From: Promethearchaeota archaeon
Lineage (GTDB): Archaea > Asgardarchaeota > Lokiarchaeia > Sigyniarchaeales > SOKP01
Assembly: GCA_048939995.1 (NCBI GenBank)
Contig: JBHLOY010000001.1
Coordinates: 366,449 to 430,448, forward strand
DNA: 64,000 bases
Direction: 5' to 3'
In this document: positions 21,071 through 31,132 of the stretch, in pieces
Numbering within the stretch: the stretch's first letter is position 1
Layout: every line of letters starts with the position of its first letter
Translations under genes and position numbers: made by a program
The notes under the pieces: generated by a model
Seen by the model: only the letters and a program-made list of their open reading frames with translations
What the model was told of the DNA's origin: nothing
Databases searched by the model: none

Positions 21071-21736
21071 TTAATTAGATTTTAATTTTGATATTTTAAC
21101 CCCTGCGGGTTTCAAAACTATGTTATTAAAATAATAACCTTTATCAATTTCTTCAATGATCGTATTTTCAGGAAGATTTTCATTTTCTTCAACCAGGAGA
21201 GCTTCATGCTTGTAAGGATCAAATTTTTGTCCTTCACAATCCATTGCTCTTACTCCCTCTTCTTCAAGAATTTTCTTAAAGTTTTTTACAATCATCTCGA
21301 ACCCCTTTTTAATATGCTCATCATTTTGCAATGTCTCTAAAATCTTTAATCCCCTTTGTAAATCTTCATAATGTTTGACTATTTTTCTCAATATATTCTC
21401 CTTAGCTCCTAAAGCATACCGCTCACTTTCACGTTGATTTGATTTCTTGTAATTTTCAAAATCTGCTTGAACTCTGACTAGTGCATTCAAATATTTTTCA
21501 GTTTTTTCCTCTAATTCTTTAAGCTTCCTCCCATCATCTTTCATGTCTTCAAGCAATTTATGCATTTCGGTATTCTTAGCTTCAACATCCTTAAATTTTT
21601 TCACAAGCATTTCATATCGTTCAGCAATTTCCATTAATTGCTTATATTCAGACCTAGATATCGTTATCTTATTATAAGGATTCTCTAATGACCTTCGACC
21701 ATTGATAAAATCATCATAAAAATCTTCAAATACCAT
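21071..21736 (-). CDS. grpE: Nucleotide exchange factor GrpE
   Basis: QADFENYKK, FDPYKHEAL, KGY....VLKPAGVKI; adjacent to dnaK. Confidence 0.93.
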   Translation of the reverse strand: MVFEDFYDDFINGRRSLENPYNKITISRSEYKQLMEIAERYEMLVKKFKDVEAKNTEMHKLLEDMKDDGRKLKELEEKTEKYLNALVRVQADFENYKKSNQRESERYALGAKENILRKIVKHYEDLQRGLKILETLQNDEHIKKGFEMIVKNFKKILEEEGVRAMDCEGQKFDPYKHEALLVEENENLPENTIIEEIDKGYYFNNIVLKPAGVKISKLKSN

Positions 21737-21755
21737 AATTAAATTCAATTTATTT

Positions 21756-21780
21756 TTGTCAATAAACTATTTATTGTCAA
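21756..21780. promoter_or_regulatory. 25-bp imperfect palindrome, candidate operator of the chaperone operon
   Basis: TTG-T-CAATAAA-CTA-TTTATTG-T-CAA between a putative minus-strand TATA (about 21810) and the grpE start. Confidence 0.55.
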
Positions 21781-22036
21781 CTATTAATTTACATATATTG
21801 ACTGACCAATTTAAATGTTTCGATTTTAAATAATAGATCCTTAAAAATAACCAATCGATGAGATTTAAAAGGATATTGTTTGATACTTCCTCGAAGTGAA
21901 CGGAATTTAGAATTAGGAATACAATTTTAACAAAAAAATGATTTAAACATAATTTATATAAAAAATTACACTTAAATGTTTTCGAGAATAGTATTATTAA
22001 TATTCACTCTAATAAATTGAAAGTGTGAATTAAATT

Positions 22037-23248
22037 ATGAAATATCGAAGAATGGGATCACTTGGTTGGGAGGTATCAGCATTAGGATTTGGTTGTATGC
22101 GTTTACCTACTAATAAGATAAAGGATGAAGAAACGAATCAAATAAAAACAAAACTCGATGAGGCGGAAGCAATTAAAATTATTCGTCATGGCATTGATAA
22201 TGGGATTAACTACATTGATACTGCTTGGCCTTATCATGAAGGGGAAAGCGAGATCCTTGTAGGTAAAGCTTTAAAAGATGGATATAGACAAAAGGTGAAG
22301 TTAGTTACTAAATCACCTACCTGGTTAATTAAGGAGGCAGGAGATTTTGATAATTTTCTTTATAAACAACTCGAAAAATTACAAACAAGTTATTTAGATA
22401 TTTATCTGTTTCATGGGTTAAATCAAAGTCGATTCAAACTTATTAAAGAGAAGAACTTAATAATTAAAATGGAGGAGGCAAGGGAGAAAGGGTTGATTAA
22501 ACATTTTGGTTTTTCGTTTCACGATAATTTTAAGACATTTAAAGAAATCGTTGATTATTATGATTGGGATGCTACGCAAATTCAACATAATTATATGGAT
22601 ATTGAGTATCAGGCGGGTACTATGGGCTTAAGATATGCTGCTGATAAAGGAATTGCGGTTATAATTATGGAACCCATTCAAGGAGGCAAGCTTGCTAAAG
22701 TATTTCCTAAAATTGATGGTATTCTTAAAAGTGCTAACTCAAAAAGAAAGTTAGCTGATTGGGCACTTCAATTTCTATGGAATCAACCTGAAGTATCGGT
22801 TGTTTTAAGTGGAATGAGTGCTAAATGGATGGTAGATGAAAATCTTGAAAGTGCTGATAATTCAGGAATTAATGCACTTACAAATTATGAATTAAAGGTT
22901 ATTTCAGATTTGAGAGCCGTTTATAGAGAATATATTTCTATTCCATGCACAAATTGTGAGTATTGCCTTCCATGTCCTAATTCTGTGAATATTCCCTTTA
23001 ACTTTCGAATCCTAAATGATTTTATCTGGTATGGAGAAGAATTACGAGAAAAATATCTTGGTTTTTATAACCGATTTTTATGTAATGCAGAAGAAATAGA
23101 GCAAGAGAATAATGGGAATGCGAGTGTGTGTACACAATGTGGAGAATGCCTTGAAAAGTGTCCTCAGCAAATTAATATACCTGAAGAATTGAAAAAAGTA
23201 GACTTAATCTTCGCACAAAGTAAAAAAATATCAGAAGTAATGACGTAA
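22037..23248 (+). CDS. Aldo/keto reductase with C-terminal 4Fe-4S domain
   Basis: ALGFGCMRLP, IDTAWPYH..SE, CTNCEYCLPCP and CTQCGECLEKCP. Confidence 0.93.
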   Translation: MKYRRMGSLGWEVSALGFGCMRLPTNKIKDEETNQIKTKLDEAEAIKIIRHGIDNGINYIDTAWPYHEGESEILVGKALKDGYRQKVKLVTKSPTWLIKEAGDFDNFLYKQLEKLQTSYLDIYLFHGLNQSRFKLIKEKNLIIKMEEAREKGLIKHFGFSFHDNFKTFKEIVDYYDWDATQIQHNYMDIEYQAGTMGLRYAADKGIAVIIMEPIQGGKLAKVFPKIDGILKSANSKRKLADWALQFLWNQPEVSVVLSGMSAKWMVDENLESADNSGINALTNYELKVISDLRAVYREYISIPCTNCEYCLPCPNSVNIPFNFRILNDFIWYGEELREKYLGFYNRFLCNAEEIEQENNGNASVCTQCGECLEKCPQQINIPEELKKVDLIFAQSKKISEVMT

Positions 23249-23424
23249 AATCTCTCTTTATCATTCTAAATTTCATTTGTATGATTTTTTTGTTCAAATT
23301 TAACCAATTTTGTTTAGAATAAGTTTTTGATATTTTAGGTTATCATAAATATCACTTAAAAATATCAATGGACTTATAAGTGTACACTTTATTAGTATCT
23401 TAAAGATCAATTAGGTATAGGAGC

Positions 23425-23583
23425 ATGAAACTTAACTGGAAACAATTTAAAAAGACATATCCATTTATTTGTGTTAATTGCGGAGAAATATCTAATACGG
23501 AAAGAGAATATTGTGAAAAATGTGGTTTAAGTAATTTTAGGGCGGTAAAAAAAGAAGATTATGAAAAAATCATGAAAGAATAA
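23425..23583 (+). CDS. 52-aa zinc-ribbon microprotein (absent from ORF track)
   Basis: MKLNWKQFKKTYPFICVNCGEISNTEREYCEKCGLSNFRAVKKEDYEKIMKE; AGGAG RBS upstream; CxxCG-x9-CxxCG. Confidence 0.8.
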   Translation: MKLNWKQFKKTYPFICVNCGEISNTEREYCEKCGLSNFRAVKKEDYEKIMKE

Positions 23584-23609
23584 AAAATAAAAAAATTTGA
23601 ATGAAAAGA

Positions 23610-24086
23610 CTATTTTGTCCATTCATATTTTTTTGGTCCAGCAAACAGTAATACAAAGGCTGGAATTAAGATCATTAAACCACCCCAACCCCAGAAACCA
23701 AATATTTCAATAAATGCACCCCAAAATAGCATCCAAGGAAATCTAAGTTTGCCCAGGTTTAAAACCCATCCATATAATGAATCCCAATCCTTTTCAGCAC
23801 ATTTATTTGAAAACTTTGGCTTGATAATGACAAATGCTAGAATTGCTATAATTACTCCCCAAATCATATTCCATATAGGTAAAAATAATGGAGCAAGGAA
23901 TAGATAAGGTCCATACCAAGATATATAGGTAGCTAGCCACGCTATGCCATAAATAATACCTATAATCCCATTAATAAGTACAACCAACCAAGCCCATTTG
24001 CCAAGAGGAGATACCCATGATGCGTGTTTCCATTCCGAGGTTGAAATTTTTTTTTTTGGAGCTGCTGGCTCAGCTTCTTCTCCCAT
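23610..24086 (-). CDS. Trp/Gly-rich hypothetical membrane protein
   Basis: About four hydrophobic segments; ATG at 24086 after GAGG. Confidence 0.75.
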   Translation of the reverse strand: MGEEAEPAAPKKKISTSEWKHASWVSPLGKWAWLVVLINGIIGIIYGIAWLATYISWYGPYLFLAPLFLPIWNMIWGVIIAILAFVIIKPKFSNKCAEKDWDSLYGWVLNLGKLRFPWMLFWGAFIEIFGFWGWGGLMILIPAFVLLFAGPKKYEWTK

Positions 24087-24236
24087 ATTTATCTGCCTCA
24101 ATTTTTAAAGTTAAATATTTTTTTTATTATTAGATAAAAACTCATATTTATGCATTTAAATTTATTTTAATTATTTTAATAATTTATTATTATGGTTTGA
24201 TTAACGTACTGAAATTAAATCTTAGAATTTAAATTT

Positions 24237-25697
24237 TTAAGCCTCCTTTGGTTCAATAATCTCTCCTACATAGTAAAGCCCTACTAGATTTCCTCTAGTT
24301 TGAAATTTCCTTGAAACAAGTAAAATGATAACGTGTTCGTTCTCATCTAATATATCTATTTCTACACCAAACTTAACAGATTCCTCAATTAAACTCTCAG
24401 CATCCAAATTGAAAAAGTCAATGTTTTCAATATGAATAGCTTGAACGCCCCAAACCAAATGTAATTCACGAGCTGTCCGTTTAAAAGGTGTCATAGCGAT
24501 TATAGGTAATGGAGGTCGAAATTTCGATATCATTCTTGCTCCGAAACCTCGGCGGGTTATTACTAAAATCTTTCCTCGAAAGTTTAATTCTTGCATTTCT
24601 TTAGCTAACGCATGAATTGCATGACCAAGTGTTTGAGTATGTGTTAGTCTATCAGAATCATAGTCATCTGGAGACCTTAATGGTGTATGTTGAGTAGCAG
24701 TGGTTGCGATTTTATTCATATAATCAACACTATTTATAGGGAATTTACCCACAGCAGTCTCAGCGGAAAGCATAACAGCATCAGTGCCATCTATTACTGC
24801 ATTATAAATATCATTAGCTTCTGCGCGAGTAGGGATGGGAGAGTTTACCATTGATTCTAACATTTGTGTAGCAACAATAACTGGTTTCCCTTCTTTATTA
24901 CATTTGTAAATAAGTTCTTTCTGTTTAATAGGAACTTGATCTGGAGAGATTTCTACCCCCAAATCTCCTCTAGCTATCATAATTCCGTCGGATACTTCTA
25001 AAATTTGATCAAAATTATCCAAAGCGACAGGTCTTTCGATTTTAGAAATTAATTTTATTTCATTATTCCCATAATTTTCAAGAAGTTTTTTTACAGTAAG
25101 AACATCATCTCCACTGGATACGAATGATATTGCCACATATTCAGGATTTAGCTGAGCAATAAATTCAAGATCTTTAATATCTTTTTCAGTGGGTACTTTT
25201 GTGATTAATTCACCACTAGGGATATTAACACCCTTATTATTACTGACTAAACCACCTGCAATTACTTCTCCAACAAGATGATCCTTCTCTTTATTCTTGA
25301 CTTTAATTTTAATTATTCCATCATTCACATAGAAATGATCACCTTTCTTTAAGCTTTTTAGAAAACCTGCTAAAGGTATAGAGAATTGAGTTTGATCTCC
25401 TTCAATTTCACTCTCGTAAACTTTTACTTCCTGACCTACATTTAGATTATAGGCCTCGTCATTTTTGAATTTCCCTACTCTGATTTTAGGTCCTTGTATA
25501 TCTGCTAAAATTCCCACATAGTCATCTATCCCTCTAATTTTCTCAACTAATTGTCCTTTTTCTTCATGCGTGCCATGAGAAAAATTCAATCTGAAAATAT
25601 CAATACCAGCATCAATTAATTTTTTAATCATGTTTTTTGAATCTGAAGCAGGACCTAAAGTAGCTATAATTTTAATCGTATTTTCTCGAAAAGACAT
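24237..25697 (-). CDS. pyk: Pyruvate kinase
   Basis: IIATLGPAS, FRLNFSHG, QGPKIR, IMIARGDLGVE, ATQMLESM, MLSAETAVG. Confidence 0.97.
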   Translation of the reverse strand: MSFRENTIKIIATLGPASDSKNMIKKLIDAGIDIFRLNFSHGTHEEKGQLVEKIRGIDDYVGILADIQGPKIRVGKFKNDEAYNLNVGQEVKVYESEIEGDQTQFSIPLAGFLKSLKKGDHFYVNDGIIKIKVKNKEKDHLVGEVIAGGLVSNNKGVNIPSGELITKVPTEKDIKDLEFIAQLNPEYVAISFVSSGDDVLTVKKLLENYGNNEIKLISKIERPVALDNFDQILEVSDGIMIARGDLGVEISPDQVPIKQKELIYKCNKEGKPVIVATQMLESMVNSPIPTRAEANDIYNAVIDGTDAVMLSAETAVGKFPINSVDYMNKIATTATQHTPLRSPDDYDSDRLTHTQTLGHAIHALAKEMQELNFRGKILVITRRGFGARMISKFRPPLPIIAMTPFKRTARELHLVWGVQAIHIENIDFFNLDAESLIEESVKFGVEIDILDENEHVIILLVSRKFQTRGNLVGLYYVGEIIEPKEA

Positions 25698-25782
25698 AAA
25701 TATCTAATTTCCTATTATTAATAATCTATTATAAGAAAGATAATTAACACATTTATATTATTTTTGATTAAAAACAATAATT

Positions 25783-26265
25783 TTATAGTAGATTCTTTAT
25801 ATTTGCTATTCTTTTTCTAAAAATATTTCTTAAATCTCTTAATAATTCAATTGAATTCGAAAATTCATCTTGATTTTTAATTTCATATAATGCTAATAGA
25901 CTAATTCGTAAATTCTTAGGATGAATAGAGAATTGGATTAATTTGATATTATCCTTATCTTTAATATAATCTTTTGCTATAATCACTAAAAAGTCAGAGC
26001 TTTGAGATGCTAATATAATTGCTAAGAAATATCTAACTTTTGGATTATCTTGGTAATTTCGAACTTTAATTATATAGAAATTTCTATATTGTTTACTCAA
26101 TTCGTAGAGATCCTGGACTTTTAGAACCTTTCTTGCACCATCTACCATCTCTGAAATCGGAGGATATCTGTTTTTTAACCTCTTTGCATTTTTAATTACC
26201 TCAGAATTGAGATATGAGTCTAAGGAGTTACGCTTTGATAATTTTTCTTTTTTAATTTCATCCAA
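25783..26265 (-). CDS. Hypothetical protein
   Basis: 160 aa ORF with RBS, between aor and pyk on the same strand. Confidence 0.6.
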   Translation of the reverse strand: MDEIKKEKLSKRNSLDSYLNSEVIKNAKRLKNRYPPISEMVDGARKVLKVQDLYELSKQYRNFYIIKVRNYQDNPKVRYFLAIILASQSSDFLVIIAKDYIKDKDNIKLIQFSIHPKNLRISLLALYEIKNQDEFSNSIELLRDLRNIFRKRIANIKNLL

Positions 26266-26301
26266 ATTTTATTTCCCTCTATAATAATAAAAAACCAAGA
26301 T

Positions 26302-28266
26302 TCAATATAAATCCTTAAGTACGAATTCTAGATCAAGTTTTTTTAACGTTTCTTTTAAAGGAACTCCCGTCTCTGGATTCCAGCCCATTTCTTGGCAATA
26401 ACCTTTATAAAAATCTTTATATTCAACAGTGATGTTCTTAGTTGGACCAATTTCATCAGGAGGATTTCCGATAATTCTACCAGGTAGTTCATTTTCGATA
26501 ATTCTAACACCCTCTCTTAGCGTGAATGCTTGTCGTAAAGTCTGAATTCTCCATCCGATTTCTATTAATTCATTTGCATCTATATCCCAGCCCGTAAGTG
26601 AGTTAATTAAGTCGACAAAAGGATAAGGACCAAAAAGCGTAGAAAACATACATAAACCTGTACTATTTAGAGTTTGATGGAAGCATGTAGCTAATTTTTG
26701 AGCCTCGTATCTTTTTCTTTCATTTTTGTTCCATCCTTTCGGTAGGTTAAATCCTTTCTGAAAAGTATCAATAGGACCTATATCGATGAAATCTACACTT
26801 GCGGCCGTATGTCTACCAGGAGTAGGATCATAAGCATAAGTAAAAGCTAATGAAGGAAACAATCTGGGATTGTGCATAGCTACTTCGCAACCGTGAGAAA
26901 CCATCGCATATTTACGACTTGCCTTCCCAATTTTAGTCGCAGCAATTTCACATCCATCGGCTAAGATATCTCCTATTCCCTCACGAGTTATAATTTTTTT
27001 TACTAATTCAACAATAGTTCTTGAATCACCCCACTTTAACTCTAATCCATCTGTATCTTCCAAACTTAGTATCTTATTTTCATAACATTCAATGGCGAAA
27101 GCTACTGTGGCACCTGTTGATATAGTATCAATCGCAGCACGATTACATAAGTCATTGAGTTCGAAGATTGATAATAGATCGTTATTCAGTAGTAAAGCTC
27201 CAAATGCACAACAAGTTTCATATTCAGGTAAATGCATTTCCTCTAATTCTAATTCTGGAACTTTTAATATTGCGCCGCATTGAATTGGGCAGCTAAAACA
27301 TCCATAACCTCTAATTTTATAATTATGAATGATATTACTTGAAAGCTGTCTTGATTTTGAAAAAGGAAAATCATACATTCCTATTCCAGCCCAATTTTTA
27401 ATTGGTGAATCTCCTGTTTCAGCAGATAAAGTATTAGCTACACTAGTTCCATAATTCTGATATATATATCTCACCATGCTTGCAGATCCAGAAAATTTAA
27501 ATTTAAAACGACGCATTATCTTAGCCAGATTCGGAGCCTTATTTAAAATAGATTTTGTTAATCTGCCGGGCTTTTTATTTTGTCCTATTTTATTGTACAT
27601 TTTTACTAAATTCATAAATTTCTCTTTATTAAAGACATCCAATCTCTTGCTTCCCTTTAAAACGAGAGCTTTCAAATTCTTTGAACCCATTATAGCTCCT
27701 AAACCAGATCTAGCAGCAATTCGGCCTTTATCATTAGCAATTCCCGAGATTTTTGATAAATTCTCGCCTGCTTGCCCAATACCTGCTATTTTTGTAGAAG
27801 TCCCATGTTTCTTTTTCAAAAGTTCTTCACTTTTGACAATGTCTTTTCCCCATATATCAGATGCTCCTAATATCTCCTTATCTTCGTTCCTAATTGTGAT
27901 GTAGACTGGATTTTCTGCTTTACCTTTAATTAATATAGCATCATAACCACATCTTTTGATTTCAGGTCCGAATGTTCCACCACTATTCGCATCACCCCAA
28001 GTTCCTGTCAGTGGAGATTTTCCCACCACCATATATCTCCCGGATAAAGGAGCTGTTGTACTAGTAAACAATCCTGGAATGAAACCAAGAATAGCATCTT
28101 TTGAAAATGAATCAACACGGGGTTTCATATTATCATAGATTATTTTGCAACCTAAACCATATCCTCCCAAAAATTGCTGATAGGTCTTTTCTGAGATTTC
28201 TCGATCCTCAAACTTACTATTTGACAAATCTACCCATAAAATTTTACCATAGTATCCGTTAGGCAT
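26302..28266 (-). CDS. Aldehyde:ferredoxin oxidoreductase family (tungstopterin)
   Basis: GKILWVDLS, KSPLTG, AARSGLGAIMGSKNLKA, CFSCPIQC, PEYET, DTIS. Confidence 0.95.
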   Translation of the reverse strand: MPNGYYGKILWVDLSNSKFEDREISEKTYQQFLGGYGLGCKIIYDNMKPRVDSFSKDAILGFIPGLFTSTTAPLSGRYMVVGKSPLTGTWGDANSGGTFGPEIKRCGYDAILIKGKAENPVYITIRNEDKEILGASDIWGKDIVKSEELLKKKHGTSTKIAGIGQAGENLSKISGIANDKGRIAARSGLGAIMGSKNLKALVLKGSKRLDVFNKEKFMNLVKMYNKIGQNKKPGRLTKSILNKAPNLAKIMRRFKFKFSGSASMVRYIYQNYGTSVANTLSAETGDSPIKNWAGIGMYDFPFSKSRQLSSNIIHNYKIRGYGCFSCPIQCGAILKVPELELEEMHLPEYETCCAFGALLLNNDLLSIFELNDLCNRAAIDTISTGATVAFAIECYENKILSLEDTDGLELKWGDSRTIVELVKKIITREGIGDILADGCEIAATKIGKASRKYAMVSHGCEVAMHNPRLFPSLAFTYAYDPTPGRHTAASVDFIDIGPIDTFQKGFNLPKGWNKNERKRYEAQKLATCFHQTLNSTGLCMFSTLFGPYPFVDLINSLTGWDIDANELIEIGWRIQTLRQAFTLREGVRIIENELPGRIIGNPPDEIGPTKNITVEYKDFYKGYCQEMGWNPETGVPLKETLKKLDLEFVLKDLY

Positions 28267-28434
28267 AAGTAAGATTTATTTTTTGGTTTTAAATTGTTCA
28301 AGGTTCAATTCAATATATATATTCTTATATCAGAAGCGTTGTTAAGTGTGGATAAGAATTCAATTATTAACTCAATCTTTAACTCTTTTTTTTATTCATC
28401 GAAACTTATAAATATGTCGTTTTTTCTATAATAG

Positions 28435-28524
28435 TGGTTCGAACATATATACAAGATGTTTGGATAGAGCCATTAGTTTAATAGAATTGAATGGTTAAAG
28501 GGTGTTTTTGAAAAACATTTGCCA
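28435..28524 (+). ncRNA. Candidate structured leader RNA (three hairpins with closing stem)
   Basis: Three stems with G-U pairs valid only on the + strand, starting about 25 nt after BRE/TATA GAAACTTATAAA (28401-28412). Confidence 0.35.
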
Positions 28525-28580
28525 AGAAATTTAATTAATAAAATATTAAGGCTTAAATAATTAAATTTTGGAGGAATCGC

Positions 28581-28796
28581 ATGTCACTAATCCCAACCAT
28601 AAAAAGTAATAAGTTAACTATGAGTAAGTTCATTGATTGGGACAAATTTGAGAATTGCTTTTATAACAATATCTACTTAGAGGATTACAAGATTGTTATT
28701 AAAATGCCTTTAATTTCTAGCAAAGACATCAAGAAAGATATAAAAATAAAGAGATTTGATTTAACCAAATATACTTATTTAGTTTCATATGATTAA
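28581..28796 (+). CDS. Small hypothetical protein
   Basis: 71 aa, strong GGAGGA RBS. Confidence 0.7.
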   Translation: MSLIPTIKSNKLTMSKFIDWDKFENCFYNNIYLEDYKIVIKMPLISSKDIKKDIKIKRFDLTKYTYLVSYD

Positions 28797-29110
28797 TGAT
28801 TTTTCCTAATTGAAATTGAATTGTAAATCAATTACTTATTTAGACCTTTTTCTTTAAGATATTTATTCCAACATGAAAAACAGATAAAATTGTCTTTATC
28901 AATTTTTACCACGTCTTTGATGGCTCTAATCATTCCACATTTTTTGCATCTTTTTTTCATTACTAAAATGATCTTTTTAATTAACTATATGTGGATAAGT
29001 AATTGAACGTTTTTAACGTTTACATTATTTAGTTATGGTTATTTTAAATTTATATTAAAAAAAGCGAAAGAGATCCATAGTTCGAGCAAAATTTATAAGG
29101 TTTAGAAATA

Positions 29111-29130
29111 ATTAAGCAATAATGCTTAAT
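29111..29130. promoter_or_regulatory. Perfect 8-4-8 palindrome downstream of a TATA box
   Basis: ATTAAGCA-ATAA-TGCTTAAT; TTTATAA at 29092. Confidence 0.45.
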
Positions 29131-29365
29131 AGAGGGCGAAATCCAATGTTTAGCTCGAATAAATGGAATCCTTCCGTTTCTTAAAGTAACAATCAATTTT
29201 GTGAAATAAATAACTTAATAAATATATCATTGTTTGTGTCAATAACACGGAATAGTATTACATTTCGACAAAAATATCATTTATACTTAAAAATCGATAA
29301 TTTTATTTTTTGTTCACTTTAAAAAGTTTTTAATTAATTAATTTTTAATTATTATTCTTTAAAGA

Positions 29366-29590
29366 ATGCTTATGAATGAACAAACTTTGTTGAAAGAAAA
29401 GAAGAAAGAACAATTTTACGATAGTCTTGAGAATATGTGGGGTAAAAGGTCTAATGGAACTAAAAAGTTGAAAATTAAATTATCCTCAGGAACTCAAATT
29501 TTATCATTAAAATTAGAAAATAGTAATGATGGGAAAATTAAAGATACTTATAATTTAATATCAAATATATTGAAAGATTTTTTTTCCTAA
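29366..29590 (+). CDS. Small hypothetical protein
   Basis: 74 aa ORF, plausible composition. Confidence 0.5.
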   Translation: MLMNEQTLLKEKKKEQFYDSLENMWGKRSNGTKKLKIKLSSGTQILSLKLENSNDGKIKDTYNLISNILKDFFS

Positions 29591-29639
29591 TTTCATTAGT
29601 TTTAAAATGATCTTATATATCTAGAATCTAAAAGTTGAT

Positions 29640-30194
29640 ATGCTTAAAACTAAGAGAGCTCTGATTAAAAAAATTGTAAAATTAGAGTTTGAAATGTTTG
29701 AAAATGTAAGAACAATTCAACCATCTTTATGTCAAGAAAGATCAGAGACATTTAAGCTAATGAGGGAAATGAATCATAATGTATTATCTATAAATACTCT
29801 TAAATCCTATCTGGAGGATCTAAAAACTGCAAAGTTAAGTAAAAGGAATCTTATGACAGAAAAATATGCTCGAATGAATAATCTAATCCCTGTACTTAAG
29901 CTTAATCCACTTATTTATGAAATTGTATCTATTGAATCAAAATGGATAAAAGAATTTTCTCAGAAGTATCCTTTAATAGCAAATTACAAACCGAATTATT
30001 TTAAGCAATATCTATCTTGTGAATTAGAGACCTATTCAGATAATTCAATTGATTCATATTTCCATGACATAAAAATTGCTGAAAAAAAAGACAGAAACCT
30101 GGCACAAGAAAGATTTGAATATCTTATTAAGAAATTAGGCTATTCTTCTTTAGAAGATTTTAATTCGAAAAGAGAAAGAGAGAAAAAATTGTAA
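29640..30194 (+). CDS. DUF4125-like protein
   Basis: LEFEMF..V, CQ...TF.LMR, SYLEDL..A....RNLMTEKYARM, YL..EL.TYS. Confidence 0.8.
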   Translation: MLKTKRALIKKIVKLEFEMFENVRTIQPSLCQERSETFKLMREMNHNVLSINTLKSYLEDLKTAKLSKRNLMTEKYARMNNLIPVLKLNPLIYEIVSIESKWIKEFSQKYPLIANYKPNYFKQYLSCELETYSDNSIDSYFHDIKIAEKKDRNLAQERFEYLIKKLGYSSLEDFNSKREREKKL

Positions 30195-30325
30195 TATTTA
30201 TTTTTTACTAAATAACATTATATTTTACTTCTGAAAAATTTTAGAATTCTTTATTGTTCTTATGAGGTATTAAACCTACTTTTATGATTAATATTTTTGT
30301 TATAATGTTAAGGAGTTGAGAATTT

Positions 30326-30925
30326 ATGTTTGAAACTGAGATGGTAAAAAAGAGTTATAATAAGATTGCTTCTAAATATTATACTCAAAGAGATTTAAAC
30401 AAATTTAATGGTGAATTAGATAAATTTATTGAACTCTTACCTCAAGATGCACATGTTTTAGATGCAGGATGTGGAGCAGGAATACCTACAGCCAAGTATT
30501 TAGTAAACAAAGGATTAAAGGTGACTGGTATTGATATATCAGATACTATGTTAAGGATGGCTAGGAAAAATGTACCAGAGGCGATTTTTCTTAATAGGGA
30601 TTTGAACGAGCTTGATTTTAAAAAAAAGAGCTTTGATGGAATCATTTCAGTATATACTCTGTTTCATATCCCCAAAGAGCAACATAAGAAGATCTTGAAA
30701 AGTTTTTTCGAAATTTTAAAACCTGGGGGCATTTTACTGATTAATACTGGGGTTTCAGAATTAGAGGGAGTGAGTATTTTTTTTGGAGAACCAATGTTTT
30801 GGAGTAATTATGAACCTAAAAAGACATTAGAATTAGTTAAATCCATTGGATTTTCAATATCATTTGAAGGAGTTCTTGTGAGAGGTGCAGAATTTCAATA
30901 TTGGATTTTTGCTAAAAAAGAATGA
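30326..30925 (+). CDS. Class I SAM-dependent methyltransferase
   Basis: VLDAGCGAG, GIDIS, LKPGG. Confidence 0.93.
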   Translation: MFETEMVKKSYNKIASKYYTQRDLNKFNGELDKFIELLPQDAHVLDAGCGAGIPTAKYLVNKGLKVTGIDISDTMLRMARKNVPEAIFLNRDLNELDFKKKSFDGIISVYTLFHIPKEQHKKILKSFFEILKPGGILLINTGVSELEGVSIFFGEPMFWSNYEPKKTLELVKSIGFSISFEGVLVRGAEFQYWIFAKKE

Positions 30926-31132
30926 ATAATGTGATTCCTGCTGTTAAAAAGGTTCTACTACTTAATTATCTTTCAATCTTTTTATTAAAATATATTACAC
31001 CCTTAATCTTTGTCATTTGTGAAATTATCAGAAAAACTGAAAGAGTTTAAATTTATAGAAATTTTTGAAAATTTTTTCTTTAATTTTGTTTAAATTATTT
31101 TACAATGAAAAAAAAAGAATAATAAATAAAAT

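Noticed and set aside
28435-28524. tRNA (cloverleaf-like, ends in CCA)
   Set aside because: No T-loop in the correct position, no D-loop GG, only a 4-bp closing stem.
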